A stretch of DNA of 64,000 nt from an uncultured Chloroflexia bacterium (GTDB lineage Bacteria; Chloroflexota; Limnocylindria; Limnocylindrales; CSP1-4), in assembly GCA_963850035.1 (NCBI GenBank), contig CAWKJP010000012.1, positions 25,199 through 89,198 on the forward strand, in the 5' to 3' direction. Positions 7,899 to 16,510 of the stretch are shown in pieces. How positions within the stretch are numbered: position 1 is the first letter of the stretch; the number at the start of each line of letters is the position of its first letter. The notes under the pieces were generated by a model. The model was given only the letters and a program-made list of their open reading frames with translations, had not been told where the DNA came from and ran no database searches. A program made the translations under genes and the position numbers.

Positions 7899-8408
7899 GT
7901 GAGCGATCTCGACGCGCTCGTCAGCGACAATATCGGCCCGATCGTGGGCCTCCTGGTGATCGCGCTGGGGGTCCTGGCCGTGGCTCTCGCCATGGTGGCC
8001 CGGCGTGCCCGGCGGGTCGAATCGCAGCTCGGCTCGCTGACCCGCGGCGACCACGGCGAGAACCTCGCCGACATCCTCGAGGCGCACCTCGACAAGGTCT
8101 ACGCCGTCGCGCGTCGCCAGGACGAGCTCGACGGTCGCGCCGGCGCCCTCGAGGCCCGTGCCCGGCACACCCTCCAGGGGGTCAGCCTCGTGCGCTTCAA
8201 CAACTTCGATGACACGGGCGGCAACCAGAGCTTCGCCCTGGCCATGGCGGACCCGGAGGCGAACGGCGTCGTGATCTCCAGCCTGCACGCCCGCAATCAG
8301 ACCCGCGTCTACGCGAAGGCCGTGGCCCGGGGCGTCGCCGAGGGCGCGCTCTCCGCCGAGGAAAGCAACGCGTTGCGCGAGGCGACGGCGCGGGCGATCG
8401 GTCGCTGA
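7899..8408 (+). CDS. DUF4446 family protein
   Basis: N-terminal TM segment followed by LVRFNNFDDTGGNQSFALAMADPEANGVVISSLHARNQTRVYAK, which is characteristic of DUF4446. GTG start with an SD. Confidence 0.75.
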   Translation: MSDLDALVSDNIGPIVGLLVIALGVLAVALAMVARRARRVESQLGSLTRGDHGENLADILEAHLDKVYAVARRQDELDGRAGALEARARHTLQGVSLVRFNNFDDTGGNQSFALAMADPEANGVVISSLHARNQTRVYAKAVARGVAEGALSAEESNALREATARAIGR

Positions 8409-8519
8409 CGGGGCCCGCGTGAGGCGCGACGTTCCCACGAGCGTCGGGACCGTGCCCGGGAGCGACCGCGGCCACGGGAACCTTGGACCCGCGAGCGCAC
8501 GGGGGCTCGAGGGCGGGCG

Positions 8520-11500
8520 ATGACGCGCGGGATCCGGGCGGCCGGGAGCTCGCGGCGCCCGAGCGCCCCGCGCGCCGCAAGGCGCCGCCGTGAGCCGCCG
8601 CCGCTCGAGCAGATCCCCGTCTGGCTCGAGCACGTGGTTCCGGGCCGGGCTGCCGGCCCGGCCGCGGCCCCGACGGGGATCGAGGCCCTCCTCGCCAACC
8701 TCAACCCGCAACAGCGCCGCGCGGTCACGCACGGCGAGGGACCGCTGCTCGTGGTGGCGGGCGCCGGCACCGGAAAGACGCAGGTCGTGACCCGGCGGAT
8801 CGCGTGGCTGATCGCGACGAAGCGAGCCCGGCCGTCGGAGATCCTCGCCCTGACGTTCACGGACAAGGCCGCGGAGGAGATGCAGCTCCGCGTCGACGGG
8901 CTGGTGCCATACGGGTTCACGGACACGCTGGTCGCGACGTTCCACTCGTTCGGCGACCGGCTGGTCCGCGAGCATGCCCTCGAGCTGGGGCTGCCGTCCG
9001 AGCCGCGCGTCCTCTCGCGGGCGGAAACCGTGATCTTCCTGCGCGAACGGCTGTTCCGGCTGGAGCTGGACGTGTACCGGCCGCTCGGCAACCCGACGCG
9101 GTTCCTCGCGGCGCTCGCCGCGCTGTTCAGCCGTCTGAAGGACGAGGACATCGGCCCCGAGGAGTACCGCGCGCATGCGACCGGCCTCGCGACCGCTGCC
9201 GCGATCGTCGAGGATGCCCCGGGCGGCGCCGCGCTTCGCGACGAGGCCCGCCGTCACATGGAGCTCGCCGCGGCGTACGAGCGCTATCAGCAGCTGCTGT
9301 CCGAGGCCGGCGCCATCGACTTCGGGGACCAGGTTCGGCTGGCGCTCACGCTCCTGCGCGAGCACCCGGCCGCCCGCCGGCGGATCCAGGCACGATTCCG
9401 GTACGTGCTCGTCGACGAGTTCCAGGACGTCAACCGGGCGCAGGCGGAGCTGGTGGCCGTCCTCGCAGAGCAGCACCGCAACGTGACGGTGGTGGGAGAC
9501 GACGACCAGTCGATCTACCGGTTCCGCGGCGCGGCAACAGGTGCGATCGTGGACTTCCTGGGCCGCTTCCCCGGGACGCGGACGGTGGTCATGCGGCGCA
9601 ACTACCGCTCGCGCGCCCCGATCCTCGACGCGTCCTACCGCCTGATCCGGTTCAACGACCCGGACCGCCTCGAGGTCCAGCGGGGGATCGCCAAGCGGCT
9701 CGTCGCCCATCGCCGAGGCGCTGGCTCCCCGCCCGTCCGCCAGCTCGCGTTCGCCACGGGGACCGACGAGGCGGACTGGGTGGCGGCCGACATCGGGCGC
9801 CGGATCCGGGCCGGGGCCCTTCCGCGCGACCACGCCATCCTGGTGCGGGCGAACGCCGACGCCGACGCGATCCTGCGCTCGCTCAACGTGGCCGGGATCG
9901 CGTGGCGCTTCTCGGGCGTGTCGGGCCTCTACAGCCGGCCCGAGGTTCGGCTGCTGCTTGCCTTCCTCCGGGCGATCGCCGATCCGCACAGCTCGGTCGA
10001 CGTCTTCGCCCTCGCGGCGTCGGAGCTCTACGGCTTCCCGGGCGATGACCTGGCGGCGCTCACGAACCGCGCCCGGCGCACGAACCGGAGCCTCCGGGAG
10101 ACGCTCGAGGAGCTGGAGCGCCAGCCGGGCCTCCTCCGCCTGCTTCCCGAGACCCGGACATCGCTTGCCCGCCTGGTCGCGGACCTGCGTCGGTACAGCG
10201 AGCTCGGAAGCCGGCGCCCGGCTGGCGAGATCCTCTACGAGTTCCTCAAGGACTCCGGTTCACTTCGCCGGCTTGCGGAGGCCCGAACAGCCGCGGCGGA
10301 CGAGGCCCTGGGCAACGTGGCGCGGTTCTTCGAGATCATTCGGGCACAGTCGGACCTCCTTGCCGACGACCGTGCGGTCTTCCTGGCGCCGCACCTGGAG
10401 ACGCTGATCGAGGCGGGTGACGATCCGGCGACGGCCGACCTGGACCCGGACGCCGATGCCGTGGCCGTCGTCACGATCCACAAGGCGAAGGGTCTCGAGT
10501 GGCCGGTGGTCTACCTCGTCGGCCTGGTGGACGGCCGCTTCCCCGCGCGCGGGCGCCGCGAGCAGCTCGCCGTCCCCGACGGGCTCCTCCGCGGGACGTT
10601 CCCCGTCGGGGACGCGCAGGTCCAGGAGGAGCGGCGCCTCTTCTACGTGGGCATGACCCGGGCCCGCGACGAGCTGCTGCTGAGCCATGCGCTCGACTAT
10701 GGCGGGAAGCGGACCCGGCGCGTCTCTCCGTTCGTGCTCGAGGCCCTCGACCTCCCCGCCGGCATGCCGCCCGCGACGCGGGCCGCCGACCCGCTGGAGC
10801 GCCTCGGCTCGTTCGAGGCACCCGCGGTCGCCGAGGCGACTCCGCCGGCGGCGCGGACGGAGCCGCTGGTGCTGAGCTTCAACCAGGTCGACGCGTACCT
10901 GACCTGCCCGCTCCGCTACAAGTACGCCCACGTGCTGCGCGTGCCGACCGCGCCGCACCATGCGATCGTGTACGGGTCGGCGCTCCACGTCGCCGTGCAG
11001 GAGTTCCACAAGCGGCATGCGCGCGGCATCGTGATGAGCGAGGCGGAGCTGACGGCCGTCTTCGAGCAGGCGTGGAGCACGGAGGGCTTCGTCTCGCGGG
11101 AGCACGAGGAGGCGCGCCTGGAGGCGGGCCGGGACGCGCTCCGGCGATTCCGCCGGAGCCAGCTGGAGCCCGGCGCGATCATCCCCGCTGCGGTCGAGCG
11201 CGAGTTCGCCTTCACCCTCGACGGCGATCGCGTGCGGGGCCGGATGGACCGCGTGGACCTGATCCCGCTGGAGGCGGCGGCCGGCGGCGAGGGACAGGAC
11301 GGCTCCGTCGGCCTCGATGGCGCCCTGGTCGCAGACGCCGCCGACGTGGTCGAGCCCGCGCTGCCGCTCCTCCGCGAACGCGTCGTGATCACCGACTACA
11401 AGAGCTCGGACGTGCGCGACCCGGCCAAGGCGCGGGAGCGGGCGCGGGACTCGCTCCAGCTCACGATCTACGCGATGGCCTGGCAGGCCGAGACCGGGCG

Positions 11501-11708
11501 CCTGCCCGACGCCGTCGCGCTCCATTTCCTCGACTCGGGCGTGGTCGGCACGGCCGGCATCGATGCGGCGCGCATCGAGCGCGGCGTAGCCGACATCCGG
11601 GCCGCAGCGGCCGGGATCCGGGCGGGCCACTTCGAGGCGACCCCCTCGTACACGACCTGCTCGTGGTGCGCGTTCCGGGCCATCTGTCCGTCGAGCGTGG
11701 CGCGATAG
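8520..11708 (+). CDS. UvrD/PcrA-type SF1 helicase fused to a C-terminal PD-(D/E)XK (AddB/Cas4-like, Cys4) nuclease
   Basis: LNPQQRRAV..VVAGAGTGKT, FQDVNRAQ, VVGDDDQSIYRFRGA, VTIHKAKGLEW and LFYVGMTRARD helicase motifs. The C-terminus has LTCP...GRMDRVD...ITDYKSS...QLTIYA...TCSWCAFRAICP. The N-terminal start is uncertain (ATG 8520, or a GTG about 115 nt downstream). Confidence 0.85.
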   Translation: MTRGIRAAGSSRRPSAPRAARRRREPPPLEQIPVWLEHVVPGRAAGPAAAPTGIEALLANLNPQQRRAVTHGEGPLLVVAGAGTGKTQVVTRRIAWLIATKRARPSEILALTFTDKAAEEMQLRVDGLVPYGFTDTLVATFHSFGDRLVREHALELGLPSEPRVLSRAETVIFLRERLFRLELDVYRPLGNPTRFLAALAALFSRLKDEDIGPEEYRAHATGLATAAAIVEDAPGGAALRDEARRHMELAAAYERYQQLLSEAGAIDFGDQVRLALTLLREHPAARRRIQARFRYVLVDEFQDVNRAQAELVAVLAEQHRNVTVVGDDDQSIYRFRGAATGAIVDFLGRFPGTRTVVMRRNYRSRAPILDASYRLIRFNDPDRLEVQRGIAKRLVAHRRGAGSPPVRQLAFATGTDEADWVAADIGRRIRAGALPRDHAILVRANADADAILRSLNVAGIAWRFSGVSGLYSRPEVRLLLAFLRAIADPHSSVDVFALAASELYGFPGDDLAALTNRARRTNRSLRETLEELERQPGLLRLLPETRTSLARLVADLRRYSELGSRRPAGEILYEFLKDSGSLRRLAEARTAAADEALGNVARFFEIIRAQSDLLADDRAVFLAPHLETLIEAGDDPATADLDPDADAVAVVTIHKAKGLEWPVVYLVGLVDGRFPARGRREQLAVPDGLLRGTFPVGDAQVQEERRLFYVGMTRARDELLLSHALDYGGKRTRRVSPFVLEALDLPAGMPPATRAADPLERLGSFEAPAVAEATPPAARTEPLVLSFNQVDAYLTCPLRYKYAHVLRVPTAPHHAIVYGSALHVAVQEFHKRHARGIVMSEAELTAVFEQAWSTEGFVSREHEEARLEAGRDALRRFRRSQLEPGAIIPAAVEREFAFTLDGDRVRGRMDRVDLIPLEAAAGGEGQDGSVGLDGALVADAADVVEPALPLLRERVVITDYKSSDVRDPAKARERARDSLQLTIYAMAWQAETGRLPDAVALHFLDSGVVGTAGIDAARIERGVADIRAAAAGIRAGHFEATPSYTTCSWCAFRAICPSSVAR

Positions 11709-11711
11709 ACT
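11706..11711 (+). promoter_or_regulatory. -10 hexamer TAGACT, leaderless start for the 11718 gene
   Basis: TAGACT, whose TAG is the helicase stop codon, ends 6 nt before GTG 11718. Confidence 0.35.
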
Positions 11712-11717
11712 CGACCG

Positions 11718-12092
11718 GTGGAGGCACGCGACCGACTGGCCAACCTCGGGATCTTCGGGGCTGCCGCCGTCTCGTGGATCCTGGTGGGGCTCCTGGTCGT
11801 GACCCGCGATCCGCGCCAGGACCCCGCGGCCGGGTTCGTGGGGGCGGCCCTGATGGGCCTGGCCATCGGCCTCACGACCGTCCCGCTGTTCTGGCTGGCG
11901 ATCTTCGGGCGCCACCGACGCATCGCGTACCGGGGGGACTGGGTCCGCGCGGCGCGGCGGGGCTTGTGGGTCGGGCTCGTCACGGGGCTCTTCGTTGCGC
12001 TCCGCCTGCAGTCGATCCTCAGCCTGCCCATCGCCGTCTTCGTCGTCGTGCTCGTCGTGTTCGCCGAGCTCACGCTCTCGATCGAGCGCTGA
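11718..12092 (+). CDS. hypothetical integral membrane protein (about 4 TM segments)
   Basis: 124 aa with hydrophobic segments (IFGAAAVSWILVGLLVV, FVGAALMGLAIGL, LWVGLVTGLFVAL, LPIAVFVVVLVVF). No recognisable family. Confidence 0.55.
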   Translation: MEARDRLANLGIFGAAAVSWILVGLLVVTRDPRQDPAAGFVGAALMGLAIGLTTVPLFWLAIFGRHRRIAYRGDWVRAARRGLWVGLVTGLFVALRLQSILSLPIAVFVVVLVVFAELTLSIER

Positions 12093-12120
12093 CCGGCGCC
12101 CGATCTCCCCGGAGGAACGC

Positions 12121-13302
12121 ATGCCCGCCCGAACCGACCTGAAATCCCGCGCGGCGGCCGCCATCGAGGCGAACCGGGAGGAGATCCTGGCGCTGTCGCG
12201 GGCAATCCACGCCGACCCGGAGCCCGCCTTCGAGGAGCACCGCGCGGCGGCGCGGGTCGCAGCGGTCGTTGCCGCGCACGGCTACGCGGTGGAGCTCCCG
12301 GCGGGCCGACTCGCGACCGCGGTTCGGGGCCGGATGGCGGGCGGGCTCGGCACAGCCGGGCCGCGGATCGGGGTCCTCGCGGAGTACGACGCGCTCCCGG
12401 GGCTGGGCCACGGCTGCGGCCACAACACGATGGCCGCGTCCGGCGTGGGGGCCGCGATCGCCCTCGCTGCCGTGCGCGATTCGTTCGCGGGCGAGATCGT
12501 CTTTCTGGGGACCCCCGCCGAGGAACGGGGGAGCGGCAAGCAGTTCATGCTCGACGACGGGCTCTTCGACGGCCTCGACGCGGCGCTCCTGTTCCATCCG
12601 GCGGACCGCGACATGGTGAGCTGCATCCTGCTCGCGAGCGAGGACGTGGATGTCACGTTCACCGGCCAGGCCGCGCACGCCGCGAGCGAGCCATGGGAGG
12701 GCCGCAACGCGCTCGACGCGGCCGTCCTTCTCCTCGAGGCGGTGGGGCTGTGGCGGCAGCAGCTGCCGCAGCATGCCCGCGTCCATGGGATCGTGGTCGA
12801 GGGCGGGACGGCGGCGAACATCATCCCGGACCGTGCGACCGCCCGGTTCATGATCCGGAGCACGGACCAGCCGTACTTCGAATCGATGCGCACCCGGTTC
12901 CGCGCCCTCGTCGAGGGCGCCGCGCTCATGGCCGACGTGAAGGGCGAGGTGGTGTTCTCGGGCGGCTCGACGACCATGAAGGAGAGCCGAACGCTGGCGG
13001 GACTCTGGCGCGCCAACATGGGCGCCCATGGTCTCGTCGATGAGGGCGCGGACCCGGACCACATCGGCAGCTCCGACATGGGGAACGTCTCGCTCGTCCT
13101 CCCGGCGATCCACCCTTCGCTCGCGATCTGCGACCACGGCGTGCCCTGGCACTCGCTGGAGTCGCTGCGGGCGGCGGCGACGCCGCGGGCCGAGTCGACG
13201 ACGCTCCTCGCGGCGACGCTCGTCGCCGAGACGGCGCTGGACCTGCTCTCCGACCCGTCCCTCGTGGCGGCGGCCTGGCGCGAGTTCCACGGCGAGGGGT
13301 AG
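12121..13302 (+). CDS. M20-family amidohydrolase (AbgB / M20D-like)
   Basis: ATG 12121 preceded by GGAGGA. Motifs LAEYDALPGLGHGCGHN, FLGTPAEE and IHPSLAI are typical of M20D aminoacylase / p-aminobenzoyl-glutamate hydrolase subunit B-like enzymes. Confidence 0.8.
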   Translation: MPARTDLKSRAAAAIEANREEILALSRAIHADPEPAFEEHRAAARVAAVVAAHGYAVELPAGRLATAVRGRMAGGLGTAGPRIGVLAEYDALPGLGHGCGHNTMAASGVGAAIALAAVRDSFAGEIVFLGTPAEERGSGKQFMLDDGLFDGLDAALLFHPADRDMVSCILLASEDVDVTFTGQAAHAASEPWEGRNALDAAVLLLEAVGLWRQQLPQHARVHGIVVEGGTAANIIPDRATARFMIRSTDQPYFESMRTRFRALVEGAALMADVKGEVVFSGGSTTMKESRTLAGLWRANMGAHGLVDEGADPDHIGSSDMGNVSLVLPAIHPSLAICDHGVPWHSLESLRAAATPRAESTTLLAATLVAETALDLLSDPSLVAAAWREFHGEG

Positions 13303-13322
13303 GAGCCGGACGGTTCGCGCGC

Positions 13323-13328
13323 TATCAT
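13323..13328 (+). promoter_or_regulatory. candidate -10 hexamer TATCAT upstream of the ureohydrolase gene
   Basis: This is the only TAnnnT in the 144-nt spacer. It would give a GC-rich leader of about 110 nt. Confidence 0.25.
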
Positions 13329-13446
13329 CCGCGGGCGCCCCGCCGGACGGCGGACCCGAACCGGCGGCGCCGACACCGACGGCCCGCGTTCCGATCCCGC
13401 CCTCGCCGGCGGCGCCACGACGCTCGCGGCCCGAGAGGAGCCTCGC

Positions 13447-14526
13447 GTGACCGACGCGAACGATCCGGTCGACGCCGCGCCCGACTACGCCCGCGTCAAC
13501 GGCTGGGACCGCGAGTACGAGTCGTTCAGCGACTTCGACCTGCCCACCTACGTGGGACCGTCCACGTTCGCGAAGCTCCCCTGGGTGACGGACCCGGCCG
13601 AGCTGCGCCGGCGCGGCGTCGACGTGGCGATCGTGGGCGCGCCGTTCGACGACGCGGTCAGCCACCGCCCCGGGGCTCGCTTCGGGCCGCGCGCGATCCG
13701 CGAGGCGCAGTACAGCACGGGGTCGCTCAACTCGCTCCAGCTGGGCGTGGAGCCCTTCGAGATCCTGACCGTCGTGGACGCCGGCGACGCGAACATCATC
13801 CCGGCATGGATCGAGCGCAGCCACGCCTTCATCTACCGGAAGGTCCGCGAGGTCGCCGGGACGGGTGCGATCCCGATCGTGCTCGGCGGCGACCACTCGA
13901 TCACCTGGCCCTCGGCGACCGCGATCGCCGAGGTCCGGCGTCCGGGCAGCCTCGGGATCGTCCACTTCGATGCGCATGCCGACACGGCGCCGGAGGACTG
14001 GGGCGTGCTCGCCGGCCATGGCACGCCGATGCGCCGCCTGATCGAATCCGGGGCCGTCGCCGGCCCCAACTTCGTGCAGGTCGGTCTGCGCGGCTACTGG
14101 CCGCCCGTCGACGTGTTCGCGTGGATGCAGGAGCAGGGGATGCGCTGGCACCTCATGCGCGAGATCGAGGAGTTGGGCATCGACGCGGTCGTCGACCGCG
14201 CGATCGACGAGGCGCTCGACGGCGCGGACGCGATCTACCTCTCGGTCGACATCGACGTCCTTGACCCCGGCATGGCGCCCGGGACCGGGACCCCCGAGCC
14301 GGGTGGGCTCCTGAGCCGCGAGCTGCTCCGGGCCATCCGCCGGGTCGTCGGCGCAGTGGACCTGGCCGCGATGGACGTCGTGGAGGTCTCGCCGCCCTAC
14401 GACCACGCCGAGGTGACGGCCATGGCAGCCAACCGCTGCGTCATGGAGGCGATCTCGGCGCTGGCGGCCAAGCAGGCCGCCGGGACCGCCGCGCGCTTCG
14501 CCGGGCCTGCGACCCGTCGGCCATGA
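13447..14526 (+). CDS. agmatinase / guanidino-acid hydrolase (ureohydrolase family)
   Basis: Mn-binding motifs GGDHSIT, HFDAHADT and SVDIDVLDP. GTG start with GAGAGGAG upstream. Substrate cannot be assigned from sequence alone. Confidence 0.88.
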   Translation: MTDANDPVDAAPDYARVNGWDREYESFSDFDLPTYVGPSTFAKLPWVTDPAELRRRGVDVAIVGAPFDDAVSHRPGARFGPRAIREAQYSTGSLNSLQLGVEPFEILTVVDAGDANIIPAWIERSHAFIYRKVREVAGTGAIPIVLGGDHSITWPSATAIAEVRRPGSLGIVHFDAHADTAPEDWGVLAGHGTPMRRLIESGAVAGPNFVQVGLRGYWPPVDVFAWMQEQGMRWHLMREIEELGIDAVVDRAIDEALDGADAIYLSVDIDVLDPGMAPGTGTPEPGGLLSRELLRAIRRVVGAVDLAAMDVVEVSPPYDHAEVTAMAANRCVMEAISALAAKQAAGTAARFAGPATRRP

Positions 14527-15338
14527 GTCACCGCGAGGAGACGTCCGAGCCCGAGCCGCTCCCCGATGCGCTGGCGCGCCTGTACGACCTGGACCTGCTC
14601 GACGACCCGGGGGACCTCGATCTCTGGCAGGCGCTCGCGGAGCAGGCCGACGGGCCGATCCTGGAGCTGATGGCCGGGACGGGCCGCGTGGCGGTCCCGC
14701 TCGCGGAGGCGGGCTTCGCCGTGACGGCCGTGGACCTGGACCCGGCGATGCTGCGCCGCGCGGCCCGGCGGGCCTCCGCGGCCGGCAGGGAAGTCGAGGA
14801 GCGGCTCGAGCTGGTCCTGGGCGACGTCGTGAGCCTGGAGCTGGCCGGCGCGGGCACGTTCCGGCTGGGGTTCGTGGCCCTCAACTCGATGCTGCTCCTC
14901 CGCACGCGCGAGGCGCAGGCGGCCGCCTGGGTCGCCCTCGCCTCGCATCTTGCCCCGGGCGGCCTTGCCGCCGTGGACGCCTGGCTGCCCGACGCGAATG
15001 ACCTGGCGCGATATGACGGCCGGCTCCATCTCGAGTACCTGCGCCGGGACGCGGAGCTCGGCCGCTGGGTCACGAAGACGGCGGCCGCCCAGCACGACGG
15101 CGCGACCGGAACGATCGCCCTGACGACCTTCTTCGACGAGGGCGAGCCGGGCGAAGCGCCCGTTCGCTGGTTCCGCCGCGACGTCGTCCGGCTGACGTCG
15201 GCCGACGAGCAGCGCGCGTTCGCCGAGGCCGCGGGCCTCGTCGTGGAGCTGGTGGCGGGGGGCTACGACCTCGAGCCGCTCGGCCCGCACGACGATCGGC
15301 TGATCGTTCTCGCGCGCAGGCCCGGTCCGGCGGGCTGA
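14523..15338 (+). CDS. class I SAM-dependent methyltransferase
   Basis: SAM motif I ILELMAGTGRV and acidic motif II AVDLD. ATGA overlap with the ureohydrolase stop. Confidence 0.8.
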   Translation: MSHREETSEPEPLPDALARLYDLDLLDDPGDLDLWQALAEQADGPILELMAGTGRVAVPLAEAGFAVTAVDLDPAMLRRAARRASAAGREVEERLELVLGDVVSLELAGAGTFRLGFVALNSMLLLRTREAQAAAWVALASHLAPGGLAAVDAWLPDANDLARYDGRLHLEYLRRDAELGRWVTKTAAAQHDGATGTIALTTFFDEGEPGEAPVRWFRRDVVRLTSADEQRAFAEAAGLVVELVAGGYDLEPLGPHDDRLIVLARRPGPAG

Positions 15339-15341
15339 GTC

Positions 15342-15350
15342 TGGTATCGT
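15342..15350 (+). promoter_or_regulatory. extended -10 (TGgTATCGT), leaderless start for the REC-ParA gene
   Basis: The hexamer ends 8 nt before ATG 15359 and there is no SD. Confidence 0.4.
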
Positions 15351-15358
15351 CGGCGACG

Positions 15359-16507
15359 ATGCCGGGTTCGACGAGCCAGATCCGCCTGCTCCTGGTGGAG
15401 GATGTGCCCCAGGTCGCCCAGTACGTCCGCGGCCTGCTCAATTCGCAGCAGTCCATCAAGCTCGTCGACGTCGTCGCCGACGGCGGCAAGGTGGCGGCGC
15501 AGGTGCAGCAGCTGCGGCCCGACGTGATCGTCGTCGACTGGCTGCTGCAGGGCCGCACGAAGGGGCATCGGGTCGTCGAGGTCCTGCGCGACAGCGGTCT
15601 CCACATCCCGGTGATCGCACTGACCGTGCCGCAGAGTCCCCTCGAGCCCGACCCGAAGGCCGGGATCGCGGCGGTCATCTCCATGCCGTTCTCCGGGTTC
15701 GAGCTGGTGAACATCGTGAACGCGGTGCACGCGGCCGCTTCCACGACCGACGGGGCCACCGGCTCGCGCGTCATCGCCGTCTTTGCGCCGAAGGGCGGCG
15801 TCGGGAAGACCACGATCTCGTTCAACCTCGCGGTCGCCCTCGCGACACAGGGCCATCGGACCTGCCTGATGGACGCGAGCCTCCAGTTCGGCGACCTCCG
15901 GTCCCTTCTCAAGGTCCCTGTCGACGCGCCGTCCATCCTGGACCTCCCGACCGACCGGGTGGGGGAGTCGGATCTCGCGGACGTGCTATGGCGCGACCCC
16001 TCGGGGATCGACATCCTGCTCGCTCCTCCCCGCGTCGAGCTCGCCGAGATGGTGAGCGTCCGCGACGTGGACAAGGTCGTATCGCTCCTGCGGCGGGTCT
16101 ACCAGGTGGTCGTGATCGACCTGGCCGCCACGCTGGGGGATGTCTCGCTCGCCATCCTCGACGCAGCCGACACGATCCTGGAGATCGTCACGTACGACTC
16201 CACGACGATCCGCAACACGATCGCGGTCGCCGACGCGTTCCGGGCGATCGGCTACCCGCCCGGCAAGGTCCGCTATCTCGTGAACCGCGCCGACTCCGCG
16301 GGCGGGATCCGGCCCGACGACCTGGCCCGCGCCCTGGGCCGGGCTCCCGACCATTCGGTCGTGTCGGACGGCAAGCTCGTGGTCGAGGCGAACAACCAGG
16401 GCGTGCCGTTCGTGCTCGCGAGCCCGGAGGCCCAGATCAGCCGCGACGTGGCGACGATGGCATCGGCGCTCGTCGGTGCCCCGGCTCGTGCCGCCACGCG
16501 GCGCTGA
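15359..16507 (+). CDS. receiver domain fused to a ParA/MinD-type ATPase (CpaE/TadZ-like architecture)
   Basis: N-terminal REC (LLLVEDV, DVIVVDWLL, VIALT) in which the conserved Lys is replaced (ISMPF). C-terminal deviant Walker A FAPKGGVGKTT, then DASLQFGD. Paralog at 51177..52352. Confidence 0.85.
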   Translation: MPGSTSQIRLLLVEDVPQVAQYVRGLLNSQQSIKLVDVVADGGKVAAQVQQLRPDVIVVDWLLQGRTKGHRVVEVLRDSGLHIPVIALTVPQSPLEPDPKAGIAAVISMPFSGFELVNIVNAVHAAASTTDGATGSRVIAVFAPKGGVGKTTISFNLAVALATQGHRTCLMDASLQFGDLRSLLKVPVDAPSILDLPTDRVGESDLADVLWRDPSGIDILLAPPRVELAEMVSVRDVDKVVSLLRRVYQVVVIDLAATLGDVSLAILDAADTILEIVTYDSTTIRNTIAVADAFRAIGYPPGKVRYLVNRADSAGGIRPDDLARALGRAPDHSVVSDGKLVVEANNQGVPFVLASPEAQISRDVATMASALVGAPARAATRR

Positions 16508-16510
16508 GCG

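Noticed and set aside
13329-13446. Guanidine riboswitch in the roughly 110-nt GC-rich leader of the ureohydrolase gene. CCGGACGGCGGACCCGAACCGG...GACACCGACGG superficially resembles the guanidine-III consensus CCGGACG...ACCCGG...GACAAGACGG.
   Set aside because: I could not fold it into the compact H-type pseudoknot, because there is no downstream complement for the second stem at the right distance. The hairpin CCGCC-GGAC-GGCGG has no ACGR loop. Ureohydrolases are also not typical guanidine-riboswitch targets. A covariance-model scan would settle it.
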